Shown here piece after piece: positions 22,735 to 32,000 of a DNA stretch of 32,000 nucleotides. How positions within the stretch are numbered: the first letter of the stretch is position 1; every line of letters starts with the position of its first letter. The notes beneath the pieces are model-generated. The model was not told the origin of the DNA. It did not search any database and saw only the letters and a program-made list of their open reading frames with translations. Position numbers and translations under genes: made by a program. Origin of the DNA: Balneolaceae bacterium (GTDB lineage Bacteria > Bacteroidota > Rhodothermia > Balneolales > Balneolaceae); NCBI GenBank assembly GCA_018401935.1, contig JAGYJQ010000011.1:41840-73839 (forward strand), in the 5' to 3' direction.

Positions 22735-25434
22735 ATGGTCAGTTTTTGTAATCAATACCGTATAAAACGGGGGGTAATGCCGATTCTAGGTGTGACGGCA
22801 CTTTTTTTAGTTGTCTGCTTTGAGAATGAAATAGTAGCAGCTCAAAATGTACTACCTGAGCAACTGCACGAAGCCTTGCACATTCGTAGCATAGACCCCG
22901 TGCAAACTTCTAGTGTACAACAGGATGTACCTTTCGAGCTTAGCCCACCGCAAGGTTTTTATTCAGATTCGGTTGAATTAAGGCTGCTGAACAAGCAGCC
23001 AGGTTGGGACTATTATTTCAATGTTCAGGGGAAAAAACCAGTTGATTGGGTGTTCCCAGAAGAGGGCATTACACTCAAAGCTTCGAATGTACTGAGAATC
23101 TTGGCCATTCAACCCGAAGAACAGGATACCGTTGAAGGTTTTTATACCTATTTGTTGAACCAACAACACGACCTGCCAGTTTTATCTCTCATTTTTGAAC
23201 CGGATGATTTCTTTTCAGGGGACCGAGGTATTTATGTGAAAGGCTCAAACGGAATACCGGGTTATTGTAGAAGTACCCCACATAATTGGAATCAGGACTG
23301 GGAGCGCCCTATACAGATGACTCTTTTTGAGCTAGATGAAAACGCTTCAGGAGTTCCTGCATTCTCGGTGCCCGCAGGGGTAAAGATTGGGGGTGGATGT
23401 ACTCGTCTGTACGATCAAAAATCATTGGATTTTTACTTTCGTTCGGACTATGGACTCTCCCGGTTGAACTATCCGCTATTCCCAGATAAGCCGATTACCG
23501 AGTTCAATCGTCTATCGCTTCGAAATGGAGGACAGGACTGGTACCGCGCTATGATTCGAAATGCTTTTTCTCAAGAACTAGTACGTGGGAGGATGGACCT
23601 AGGATATCAATCCTACAAGCATGTGGCTGTTTATTTTAATGGGCAGTACTGGGGGATTCACACGCTTCGGGAAAAGCAAAACGAAGATTTTATTGAATCC
23701 AATTATGGAGTAGATGCCGATGCTATTGATGTACTATCGGGTAATGCATCAGTGGGTGAGGGTTCTTCGGCGCATTACGAACAGATGCTGGAATATGTGA
23801 GTGAGAATGGGTTAGAAGATTCGGTGCATTATGCATGGCTACAAGAACGTATGGATGTAGAACAATATATGGACTACCTCATTGCCGAAATTTTCTTAGC
23901 GAATGGGGACTGGCCGGCCAATAATATAAAGTATTGGAGGGCGCAATCGGATACGGGCAAGTGGCGCTGGATTTTGTATGATGCGGATATGACTATGGAT
24001 AGCCACTCTCGAGGTCGTCTAGAAACGAATATGTTTGAAAAAATGCATATGCTCACCGAAACCAATTATGAGCATCCGGCTTGGGCTACCCTACTAATGC
24101 GTAAACTGTTAGAGAATCCAGAATTTAGGGCTTCTTTTATACAGCGTTATAGTGTGCATTTACACCTTAGTTTTAATCCAAGCAGGTCACTGGCTTTAAT
24201 GGATAGTATGGCCGGATTAATAGCGGCTGAAGTGCCGGATCATATGCGACGTTGGTCCAAAACCATGCGCTTAGGTAATGATATGAATTGGGAAAAACAC
24301 TTGGAGGTCATGCGCGATTTTTTGAGCCAAAGACCCGACAAAGAAAGGGAACACATCGAGAGTTTTTTCGGAACGGGACCTTTACACAGCCTTATTACAA
24401 GGGTAAACCGTGCAAAATCGGGAGTTATTCGGGTCGAAGGGGTTCGAAGTGACACCACTGACTATGTGCTATTATATAAAGGTATACCTGTCCAACTTCG
24501 AGCTATACCCGCAGCGGGATACCGGTTTGTACGCTGGGAAGGCTTCATTGAATCTAATAGTACAGATGTGGAGATTATCCTAGAAGAAAATAGTGAGGTT
24601 AAAGCCATCTTCGAACCCATTACAGCCACGCAAACCAGTGAGGTGGTCATTAACGAGATTCATTATAATGCCGCAGATACCAAGGATTCTGGTGATTGGG
24701 TTGAGTTACACAATCCGAATGACTATGCAGTGGATGTGAGTTATTGGTTTTTCTCAGACTCAGACGATGCACATCGATACTACTTTGCTCCAGGTAGTTT
24801 GTTGGCAGAAGGAGGTTTCCGGGTATTGGTACGAAAGCCAGAAGATTTTGCTGCTGTGTATCCTACCGTGAGTGTGGCGGAAGGTCCCATTGGATTTGGG
24901 TTTTCTGGTTCTGGGGAGTTGTTGCGCCTGTTTAATGCGCAGGGGCAGTTAGTAGATTCAGTCCGATATGACGATCAGTCTCCTTGGCCAACGGCTGCGG
25001 ACGGACAAGGAGCTAGTTTAGCCCTTGTAAATCCATTATTAGATAATGCCCAGGCTCGATTTTGGAGTGCTTCTGCAAATGGAGGAACTCCAGGGGGACC
25101 TAATCTGGATGTATTAGTAGCCAATGAATTGGTTGAGAACCCCTTGAATAATGCAGATAGCCCGTACCAGACTCAGCTTGGCAACAATTATCCGAACCCG
25201 TTTAATCCGACCACAACTATCCCCTTTAGTTTAGAAAAAGCTTCAAAGGTGAAACTCACCGTTTATGACATGCTTGGGCGCTCAATACAAACATTAATGA
25301 ACGAATATCGTTCAGCAGGGACTCATGAAGTCCGTTTCAGTGCCGGCATGGCTGGGCTATCGAGTGGTTTATATATGTATAGTTTAGAGTTTGATGGTGA
25401 GCGAATAACAAAAACAATGCTACTTTTAAAATAA
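22735..25434 (+). CDS. Secreted multidomain protein: CotH kinase-family domain, lamin-tail domain (LTD), and T9SS C-terminal sorting domain
   Basis: - The N-terminus is a signal peptide.
- The CotH-like core includes VAVYFNGQYWGIHTLREKQNEDF and WRWILYDADMT.
- The LTD reads VVINEIHYNA...GDWVELHNP...GELLRLFN...SVRYDD..PWP..ADGQGASL.
- The last ~80 aa (NYPNPFNPTTTIPFSL...GLYMYSLEFDGERITKTMLLLK) match the Por/T9SS type-A CTD pattern. Confidence 0.85.
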   Translation: MVSFCNQYRIKRGVMPILGVTALFLVVCFENEIVAAQNVLPEQLHEALHIRSIDPVQTSSVQQDVPFELSPPQGFYSDSVELRLLNKQPGWDYYFNVQGKKPVDWVFPEEGITLKASNVLRILAIQPEEQDTVEGFYTYLLNQQHDLPVLSLIFEPDDFFSGDRGIYVKGSNGIPGYCRSTPHNWNQDWERPIQMTLFELDENASGVPAFSVPAGVKIGGGCTRLYDQKSLDFYFRSDYGLSRLNYPLFPDKPITEFNRLSLRNGGQDWYRAMIRNAFSQELVRGRMDLGYQSYKHVAVYFNGQYWGIHTLREKQNEDFIESNYGVDADAIDVLSGNASVGEGSSAHYEQMLEYVSENGLEDSVHYAWLQERMDVEQYMDYLIAEIFLANGDWPANNIKYWRAQSDTGKWRWILYDADMTMDSHSRGRLETNMFEKMHMLTETNYEHPAWATLLMRKLLENPEFRASFIQRYSVHLHLSFNPSRSLALMDSMAGLIAAEVPDHMRRWSKTMRLGNDMNWEKHLEVMRDFLSQRPDKEREHIESFFGTGPLHSLITRVNRAKSGVIRVEGVRSDTTDYVLLYKGIPVQLRAIPAAGYRFVRWEGFIESNSTDVEIILEENSEVKAIFEPITATQTSEVVINEIHYNAADTKDSGDWVELHNPNDYAVDVSYWFFSDSDDAHRYYFAPGSLLAEGGFRVLVRKPEDFAAVYPTVSVAEGPIGFGFSGSGELLRLFNAQGQLVDSVRYDDQSPWPTAADGQGASLALVNPLLDNAQARFWSASANGGTPGGPNLDVLVANELVENPLNNADSPYQTQLGNNYPNPFNPTTTIPFSLEKASKVKLTVYDMLGRSIQTLMNEYRSAGTHEVRFSAGMAGLSSGLYMYSLEFDGERITKTMLLLK

Positions 25435-25590
25435 GCCGCATGAAAAGGTAGGTTGGACTTCCCCAAATAGGGAAAAAATTCGTACCTTTCTATTCTGTAA
25501 AGGGTTAGCATGGGCCTAAAGAAAGGCGGATGCCAGCCTCTAAACAATTTTACATAAATACATCCAACACATTCACAAACAGACTCCTAA

Positions 25591-28296
25591 ATGAGCGATT
25601 TTAAGAACACAAGAGTAGCATTTGAAACGGGAAATGGCACGGCATATATGTTTAGTCTGGCCAAACTAAAAGAGATGGGGTATCAGGGGATTGATAGGCT
25701 TCCATTTTCAATAAAAATATTATTGGAAGCGGTGCTGCGTGAGTATGATGATTATTTAGTCACGGCAAAAGATATAGAAACTCTGGCCAATTATGCCCCG
25801 AAAAATCCCCAGGGTGAAATACCATTCAAGCCCTCCAGGGTAGTACTTCAAGACTTCACAGGAGTGCCTGCAGTAGTTGATTTAGCCGCACTTCGATCCG
25901 CCATGAAGCGCATGGGTGGAAACCCTGAAGCTATTAACCCGCAAGTCCCCGTTGATTTGGTTATTGACCACTCGGTACAAGTAGATATGTTTGGGCAAGA
26001 ATTTGCGTTTATGCATAATGTCGAAAAAGAAATGGAGCGTAATCGAGAGCGATATGAGTTTTTAAAATGGGGTCAACAGGCGTTTGATAATTTCCGTGTG
26101 GTACCTCCTGGGCGAGGGATTGTACACCAAGTAAATCTTGAATATTTAGCCCGGGGAATTTTCACAAGAACCGAGGAAGACGGGTCCATCACCGCTTATC
26201 CGGATACACTAGTAGGCACTGATTCACACACGACCATGATTAATGGTCTTGGAATTTTGGGATGGGGTGTTGGAGGTATTGAGGCGGAAGCAGCTATGCT
26301 AGGGCAACCTATTAGCATGTTGGTACCAGAGGTAGTTGGAATGAAATTGACAGGAAAGCTTAGAGAGGGTGTAACGGCAACCGATTTAACGCTCACTGTT
26401 ACTCAGATGCTTCGTAAGCACGGTGTAGTAGGGAAATTTGTAGAGTTTTATGGCGAAGGAATTAGCAATATGAGTTTACCCGACCGGGCAACCATCGCCA
26501 ATATGGCACCGGAATATGGAGCCACGATGGGATTCTTCCCTATTGATCATGAATCCTTACGGTACATGCGGCGCACTGGACGATCGGAAGAACTGGTGCA
26601 ACTTGTTGAGCACTATACCAAAGCCCAGGGGTTATTCCGTACCGATGATACCCTGGATCCACACTTTACCAGCACGCTTGAGTTGGACTTAAGTACGGTT
26701 GAAACCTCACTTGCAGGCCCAAAATTACCACATGACCGAATAACCTTAGGTAATATGAAGCGCACTTTTGAGGCGGCTTTAACGAGCGATAATCCCACGA
26801 TGGGCTTTGCTCTAGCTCAAGATCAGTTAGCCAACAAAGCGATGTACCGCAATGGCCAAGATATTGAAATGAAACATGGTGATGTAGTGATTGCAGCGAT
26901 AACTAGTTGTACAAACACCTCCAACCCAAGTGTTATGTTGGGAGCAGGTATAGTCGCCAAGAAAGCAGTTGAACGAGGCTTGAAAGTGCCAGCCTATGTC
27001 AAAACTTCGTTGGCGCCTGGTTCTAGAGTTGTGACCGAATATTTGAATGAAGCTGGACTAACCGAATACTTGGATACCTTAGGCTTTAATCTAGTAGGCT
27101 ATGGTTGTACTACCTGTATTGGGAATTCAGGGCCACTTCCTGCCCCCGTTGAAAAGGCGGTCAAGGAAGGGGATTTGATTGTAGCAGGAGTGTTATCTGG
27201 AAACCGAAACTTCGAAGGGCGTATTCATCCCTATGTGAAGGCCAATTTCTTAGCTTCACCCCCCTTAGTGGTGGCTTATGCATTAGCAGGGACCGTTGAT
27301 ATAGACCTGGCAACCGAGCCCCTTGGTACGGACAAAGACGGAAATGAGGTGTATCTAAAAGAACTATGGCCAACCACGGATGAAATTGCCGCAGAGCTTG
27401 ATAATGCCATACGTCCAGAGTTGTTTAATAAAATGTATGAGGATGTATTTGAATCACCCACTTGGGAAGAAATCCCAGTAAGCGGCGGGGAACTTTTTGA
27501 CTGGAAAGATTCATCCACCTACATACAAGAACCCCCTTTCTTCATGAATATGTCCGAAGAATACCGCCCTATTCAACCAATAAAGGGAGCTCGTGCGTTG
27601 GTGAAAGTAGGTGATTCAATTACCACCGATCATATTTCTCCTGCCGGGAATATTAAAGAAGATGCGCCTGCGGGTCTGTTTCTTAAGGAAAACGGGGTGC
27701 AAAATGCTGATTTTAATTCATACGGATCGCGTAGAGGAAATGATCGAATCATGACCCGAGGTACCTTTGCCAATGTTCGGTTCAAAAATCAACTAGCTCC
27801 AGGAACTGAAGGTGGGTTTACTACCTATTTCCCTGAAAACGAAGTGTCCAGTATTTTTGATGCTTCTCTAAAATACAAAGCTACTAATACCCCGCTTGTG
27901 GCTTTGGCTGGTAAACAGTATGGCTCGGGATCATCTCGTGATTGGGCGGCAAAAGGCACCAATCTGCTAGGCATAAAAGTAGTTATAGCCGAGTCCTATG
28001 AGCGTATCCACCGATCTAATCTGGTACAAATGGGGGTGCTACCTCTACAATACAAAGAGGGAGTAACCGCCGATAGCTTAGGGCTAGACGGCACTGAGCA
28101 TTTCGATGTTGCTGTGGATGATTCAGTACAAGCACGGCAAGAAATTCAGGTTGTTGCCACCAAAACGGATGGAACGGTGATTGAATTTACCACCGACTGC
28201 CGCATAGATACTCCAGTTGAAGTAGATTACTACCGCAATGGGGGTATTTTACACACGGTACTGTTGGATTACGTTCAAAAAAACCAAGCTAATTAA
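25591..28296 (+). CDS. acnA: Aconitate hydratase A
   Basis: The 901-aa protein has the Fe-S cluster ligand motifs [18 protein letters not shown] and [10 protein letters not shown], and the swivel-domain motif [10 protein letters not shown]. Confidence 0.95.
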   Translation: MSDFKNTRVAFETGNGTAYMFSLAKLKEMGYQGIDRLPFSIKILLEAVLREYDDYLVTAKDIETLANYAPKNPQGEIPFKPSRVVLQDFTGVPAVVDLAALRSAMKRMGGNPEAINPQVPVDLVIDHSVQVDMFGQEFAFMHNVEKEMERNRERYEFLKWGQQAFDNFRVVPPGRGIVHQVNLEYLARGIFTRTEEDGSITAYPDTLVGTDSHTTMINGLGILGWGVGGIEAEAAMLGQPISMLVPEVVGMKLTGKLREGVTATDLTLTVTQMLRKHGVVGKFVEFYGEGISNMSLPDRATIANMAPEYGATMGFFPIDHESLRYMRRTGRSEELVQLVEHYTKAQGLFRTDDTLDPHFTSTLELDLSTVETSLAGPKLPHDRITLGNMKRTFEAALTSDNPTMGFALAQDQLANKAMYRNGQDIEMKHGDVVIAAITSCTNTSNPSVMLGAGIVAKKAVERGLKVPAYVKTSLAPGSRVVTEYLNEAGLTEYLDTLGFNLVGYGCTTCIGNSGPLPAPVEKAVKEGDLIVAGVLSGNRNFEGRIHPYVKANFLASPPLVVAYALAGTVDIDLATEPLGTDKDGNEVYLKELWPTTDEIAAELDNAIRPELFNKMYEDVFESPTWEEIPVSGGELFDWKDSSTYIQEPPFFMNMSEEYRPIQPIKGARALVKVGDSITTDHISPAGNIKEDAPAGLFLKENGVQNADFNSYGSRRGNDRIMTRGTFANVRFKNQLAPGTEGGFTTYFPENEVSSIFDASLKYKATNTPLVALAGKQYGSGSSRDWAAKGTNLLGIKVVIAESYERIHRSNLVQMGVLPLQYKEGVTADSLGLDGTEHFDVAVDDSVQARQEIQVVATKTDGTVIEFTTDCRIDTPVEVDYYRNGGILHTVLLDYVQKNQAN

Positions 28297-28342
28297 AGAT
28301 AGCAGACCTACCAAAGCGTCAACAACGTAAGTTGGCTTTAGG

Positions 28343-29581
28343 TTATTTGGTTGGCAAATTGCTCATGGTGAAGCGCTCGGCTAATTTTCTCGAGCTGGGA
28401 GGAATGGACAATAGAATTTGGATAAAGAGTTGTTTAAGCCATTGAAGCTTGGATTTTCTCCCCATTCTCATATTCCAGTGAGCACGCCGAGCTACCTCAG
28501 TTATAACCGAATCGAAATCGCTGGAATACGATGTAGCAGGGATTGGATTTTCTGAAGGGCTATATAGAAAGCCTTTTTCATGTAGTTTCTTGACATCTTT
28601 GGCCAGTTGCCATGCGCCCAACCATCCTAAATTCATTCCTTGTCCGCCTATAGGACTAACAACATGGGCAGCATCGCCCACTAAGAATAAACGATTTTTC
28701 TGTCTCAATGCGGCTCTATGGTGTTGTACTCCAAAGCTACTAATCATAGTGCAGTTACTTGAGTCGGGCATTTCTCCAACCCGCTTATGTATGGCCTCAC
28801 TAAGCCAGGCTGGTTGTGGATTGGATTGATAGTGATCTGTCTTAATAACCCAACGTCTTTTTTGATCGGCAATGGGGAAAGATTCTACCAGTCCTTCAGA
28901 AGTGATATATACAAAAGGTGGGGACTGGGGAGTATCTGGGTCTGGAAAGTCTCCCATTGTATAGGTGTCGGGATATGGGCGTCCATTGTACTGTATCGCA
29001 GCATAGGTTCTTAACGCGCTATTTTTACCGTCACAAGCAATCAGCATAGGGGTTTTATGCTCCTGAACCTTGGGGCTTGCTGGACTCAGTGGATCATGAA
29101 CCATTTGCGAGTGAACTACTACATGACCGCCATGATCCTGAAAACCTATAACCTCACAACCATACTGTATTTTATTGGGTCCAATGTCGGTAAAGGCTCT
29201 CTTTAATAGAGCTTCGGTTTCATTTTGAGGATGAATCAAAATATATGGATGCTTTTGTCCAGATAGCTGAGTACTCGAAAAATTAATCTCTCCAAGCTTT
29301 TTTCTTCCATTATGGGCAATCCCTTTGTCCACTCGAATGCCTTTTTTTAAAAACTCACTCAATAGTCCCAATTCTTCCAGCATATCTAAGCATGGCGGGT
29401 GAATGCCGAGTGAACGGGTATCGGAGATGGCCGCATTTCTTCTTTCCATTATGAAACATTCAATTCCTTTTAGATACAAAGATAACGCCTGAAATAAGCC
29501 TACTGGGCCTGCTCCAACGACTATGATCGGCGCATTATTTCCTGCCACTTCAGACTTAGGCACGGCCACGTTCTCCCTCAT
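28343..29581 (-). CDS. FAD-dependent aromatic-ring monooxygenase/hydroxylase (UbiH/PHBH class; SrsC-like)
   Basis: The GxGxxG dinucleotide fold reads IIVVGAGPVGLFQALSL, and the DG and GD motifs are present (LIACDGKNS, LVGDAAHVVSPIGGQGMNLG). I prefer the ATG at 29579-29581. The ORF-track start at 29617 would give a 62-nt overlap with the upstream gene. Confidence 0.8.
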   Translation of the reverse strand: MRENVAVPKSEVAGNNAPIIVVGAGPVGLFQALSLYLKGIECFIMERRNAAISDTRSLGIHPPCLDMLEELGLLSEFLKKGIRVDKGIAHNGRKKLGEINFSSTQLSGQKHPYILIHPQNETEALLKRAFTDIGPNKIQYGCEVIGFQDHGGHVVVHSQMVHDPLSPASPKVQEHKTPMLIACDGKNSALRTYAAIQYNGRPYPDTYTMGDFPDPDTPQSPPFVYITSEGLVESFPIADQKRRWVIKTDHYQSNPQPAWLSEAIHKRVGEMPDSSNCTMISSFGVQHHRAALRQKNRLFLVGDAAHVVSPIGGQGMNLGWLGAWQLAKDVKKLHEKGFLYSPSENPIPATSYSSDFDSVITEVARRAHWNMRMGRKSKLQWLKQLFIQILLSIPPSSRKLAERFTMSNLPTK

Positions 29582-30311
29582 ATAGTAACAACAGCCGAAA
29601 AGGGAACCATCTTTCAACCCTCCAACCCCTAGAGGTCAGTACGTCCAGTTCGTCTTTTCGAAAACTTTTCTTAAGGCTAGTGCGCCCGTCCTCGTAAATA
29701 AACGAAGATCTAAATCGTAGAGGAAACAGGCAAAGGCTAAAGAGGTTGAAAGCCAAGCTACTGCGTTCTAAATCATTACATATAACAATCGTACCCAGTG
29801 CAGCACATTCGGTTAAAAAAGGCTTAATTTCATCTAAGGATATATGATGGAGGACATGGTTATTCATGACTAAGTCTACTTTGTGGCCACGATTTACCAG
29901 TTCAGTCGTAGAAAGGCATTCAAAAAATAGCCCAGTAGAGTTATTGTTGTTTATATGGGCTGTTTCGGTTTGCACTGACCTATTGGCCTTGGCCCACTGT
30001 ATTGCGCGGTCGTCAATATCAATACCGGTAATATGTGCGCTAATCCCGTCCTTTTTTAGCCACTGAAACAAAAAAAAGGCGATATCGCCACCTCCACAAC
30101 CTACATCTAGCACGTGAAATATTTTTCCCTGTTTCTGAATTTCTTTCGCCTTTGGACGAATATACTTGGCATACACTCTATTCCACTGAGACACGAATCT
30201 ATTTAAGGTATAGAAATCGGCATAGGTTTGTTCGAGTTGCTTGCTATCGGCGTTGGCAGCATCCATTTGTTCGGTGAGATGAGCTTGTCGTTGGCTCAAA
30301 AGAGTACACAT
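29556..30311 (-). CDS. Class I SAM-dependent methyltransferase (SrsB-like)
   Basis: Motif I is VLDVGCGGGDI. I prefer the ATG at 30309-30311, which lies 7 nt after the PKS stop, over the overlapping TTG at 30332. Confidence 0.8.
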   Translation of the reverse strand: MCTLLSQRQAHLTEQMDAANADSKQLEQTYADFYTLNRFVSQWNRVYAKYIRPKAKEIQKQGKIFHVLDVGCGGGDIAFFLFQWLKKDGISAHITGIDIDDRAIQWAKANRSVQTETAHINNNNSTGLFFECLSTTELVNRGHKVDLVMNNHVLHHISLDEIKPFLTECAALGTIVICNDLERSSLAFNLFSLCLFPLRFRSSFIYEDGRTSLKKSFRKDELDVLTSRGWRVERWFPFRLLLLYEGERGRA

Positions 30312-30318
30312 AGGCTTT

Positions 30319-31440
30319 CTAACTGTGTTCAATACGACGTAATAATGCCGTCTCTATACTTAAACCTGGGCCGAAGGCCATAGCTAATGCGGTATCTCGC
30401 CCACCGTGGGTGTGAGCCTGAGAGGGGGGGCGCCTGAGTAGTTCATCCAATACAAATAGTATGGTGGCACTACTCATATTACCATACTTTTTAAGTACCG
30501 TTCTAGATGCGTCCAAGGCTTGCTCTTCGAGCTCAAAGCTCAGTTCTACTTTGTCTAAAATAGCTCGTCCCCCTGGATGAATCGCCCAATATCCAATATC
30601 CTCTACCCCTAATCCAAAACGAGAAAATAAGGGCTCGGTAATTGAATTTAAATTATTTTTAATAATATCGGGTACATAGGATGATAAGGTCATATCAAAG
30701 CCTGTATCACCTATGGTCCAAGCCATATCACGCTCTCCTTCGTACGCTAAATCATTTGCAAAAGCCTCTATTCGAAAGGCAGAAGAAATCGGTTTTGTTG
30801 CTGAAACTATAGCGCCTGCAGATCCATCTGCAAAAACGGAACCAGCTATCAAGGTATCGGGATCAGTTTTAGGGTTAAAGTGTAAGGAGCAAAGTTCGGT
30901 GGCTACAATGAGTACAACCGCCTTAGCATCTTGATCGCAAAAAGCCTGCGCCATACGAAGTGCGGGAAAAGCGGCATAGCATCCCATAAAGCCTATATGA
31001 TAGCGCTCAACATTCGAAGCTAAGCCTAGCCCTTTAACAATTTCATAGTCTGGGCCCGGGGCAAAAAATCCCGTACAGGAAACCGTTATGACATGAGTTA
31101 TCGCAGGAAGGCCAGATTTTTTATGTTTCTCAACTAAGGCGCGAGCAGTTTTTAAAAAAAGCTGCTTTGCGGCTGATTCATATTTTTTATTTCGCTCACC
31201 AGTGCTTGGTATATGTCTTGGATCAAAAGAGCGATGAAAAAAGCTGTTAGGGTCTTCAGAGAAATAGTCTTCCAAAACGGTATGCCGATGTTCTATACCT
31301 GATTGAGTATAAATCCTATGCAGAATAGCTTGGGTTTTTCGGTCATCATGATGCAACTTTTTTAGTCGATCCAATAACTCGCGTTGATTACCCCGAGTCG
31401 CAGGGACGGATGTTTCTATGTGGTGAATGTAGCTGGGCAT
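30319..31440 (-). CDS. Type III polyketide synthase (chalcone/stilbene synthase superfamily; alkylresorcinol-synthase-like)
   Basis: The Cys-His-Asn triad contexts are present: VSCTGFFAPGPD, WAIHPGGRAILD and YGNMSSATILF. Length is 373 aa. Confidence 0.9.
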   Translation of the reverse strand: MPSYIHHIETSVPATRGNQRELLDRLKKLHHDDRKTQAILHRIYTQSGIEHRHTVLEDYFSEDPNSFFHRSFDPRHIPSTGERNKKYESAAKQLFLKTARALVEKHKKSGLPAITHVITVSCTGFFAPGPDYEIVKGLGLASNVERYHIGFMGCYAAFPALRMAQAFCDQDAKAVVLIVATELCSLHFNPKTDPDTLIAGSVFADGSAGAIVSATKPISSAFRIEAFANDLAYEGERDMAWTIGDTGFDMTLSSYVPDIIKNNLNSITEPLFSRFGLGVEDIGYWAIHPGGRAILDKVELSFELEEQALDASRTVLKKYGNMSSATILFVLDELLRRPPSQAHTHGGRDTALAMAFGPGLSIETALLRRIEHS

Positions 31441-31459
31441 AGTACTACTACAATAAAGC

Positions 31460-32000
31460 TCAGTTATTGGTTCGGCTTTTATGTAGGTTTTTATTCCGCG
31501 TTAGAAGGTGGAACCTTGTATTGTGTAACACAGCGGCGGTACTTAAGCCTGCAATAAGTCCTATCCAAAGTCCTTGAGGTCCATATCCTGCATTAAAACT
31601 CAGATAATAGCCCACAGAAAAACCAATAAACCAGTAGGAAATTAAGTTGAATACCATGGGCATACGCGTATCTTTTAAGCCTCGAAGGGCCCCAAAAGCA
31701 CCCACTTGTAAACCATCGGAGAGTTGAAAAACGGCTGCAAAAAAAACTAAACTCACCGCTAACGTAACGACTTCCACATCTTGTGTATACACACTCACAA
31801 TGGCTTCTGGAAAACTAAAGAGCAACACGGCAGTAATACTAGTAACTCCAGTACATACAGCGGTACCAGTAAACCCCCTAAAGCGGGCCTCTTGTAGCAG
31901 TCCTTTACCCATAGAAACCCCAACTCGCTGCGATATGGCAAGGGATAATCCTAGTGGAATCATGAATACGGTAGCAGCGATATTAATAGCCACTTGATGA
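31460..32000 (-). CDS. MATE-family efflux transporter, C-terminal part (5-prime end outside window)
   Basis: The frame is open to the window edge. Several hydrophobic helices carry MATE-like sequence (GALRGLKDTRMPM, GLWIGL). The stop lies 19 nt upstream of the PKS start. Confidence 0.75.
   Translation of the reverse strand, partial: HQVAINIAATVFMIPLGLSLAISQRVGVSMGKGLLQEARFRGFTGTAVCTGVTSITAVLLFSFPEAIVSVYTQDVEVVTLAVSLVFFAAVFQLSDGLQVGAFGALRGLKDTRMPMVFNLISYWFIGFSVGYYLSFNAGYGPQGLWIGLIAGLSTAAVLHNTRFHLLTRNKNLHKSRTNN

Noticed and set aside
24441-24449. A GGTTCGAAG string resembling a tRNA T-arm.
   Set aside because: It lies inside the CotH-like coding frame, and no acceptor, D or anticodon stems can be built around it. 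I found no tRNA genes anywhere in the window.
1-32000. Mobile elements, integrases, prophage genes, CRISPR arrays and toxin-antitoxin pairs.
   Set aside because: No ORF shows transposase, integrase, Cas or phage hallmarks, and I noticed no long direct or inverted repeats flanking any block. The accessory-looking regions appear to be embedded in the core chromosome.

Overview
The window looks like a moderately AT-rich chromosomal segment from an FCB-group bacterium (Bacteroidota, Balneolota or Rhodothermota-like). The lineage guess rests on a T9SS C-terminal sorting domain, folP-cdaA adjacency and the gene order rplM-rpsI-rpsB-tsf-pyrH-frr. All assignments were made by eye from the six-frame translations; no database search was run.

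Most of the window is housekeeping:
- folP (partial), cdaA, sufE
- methylmalonyl-CoA mutase plus MeaB
- smc, frr, pyrH, tsf, rpsB, rpsI, rplM, acnA

Four regions are accessory or unusual:
1. 4130-9381 (minus strand): a tightly coupled five-gene operon. It encodes a membrane-anchored FliF-like/FliG-like fusion protein, a predicted outer-membrane beta-barrel protein, a TPR lipoprotein, and a MotA/MotB stator pair. No flagellar export, rod, hook, filament or switch genes lie nearby. I consider it a candidate stand-alone, non-flagellar rotor-stator machine and the most interesting signal in the window.
2. 1206-3995: a DNA-damage-tolerance trio made of a Y-family polymerase, an orphan His/Arg-rich protein and a SRAP/YedK abasic-site protein.
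3. 10086-10964: a tandem-PAS protein whose first PAS is LOV-like but carries Pro in place of the adduct-forming Cys. It is translationally linked to SufE.
4. 28343-32000: an srsABC-like phenolic-lipid cluster (type III PKS, methyltransferase, FAD hydroxylase) preceded by a MATE exporter.

A secreted CotH-kinase/lamin-tail/T9SS protein is also present. I found no tRNA or rRNA genes, CRISPR arrays, transposases or integrases.
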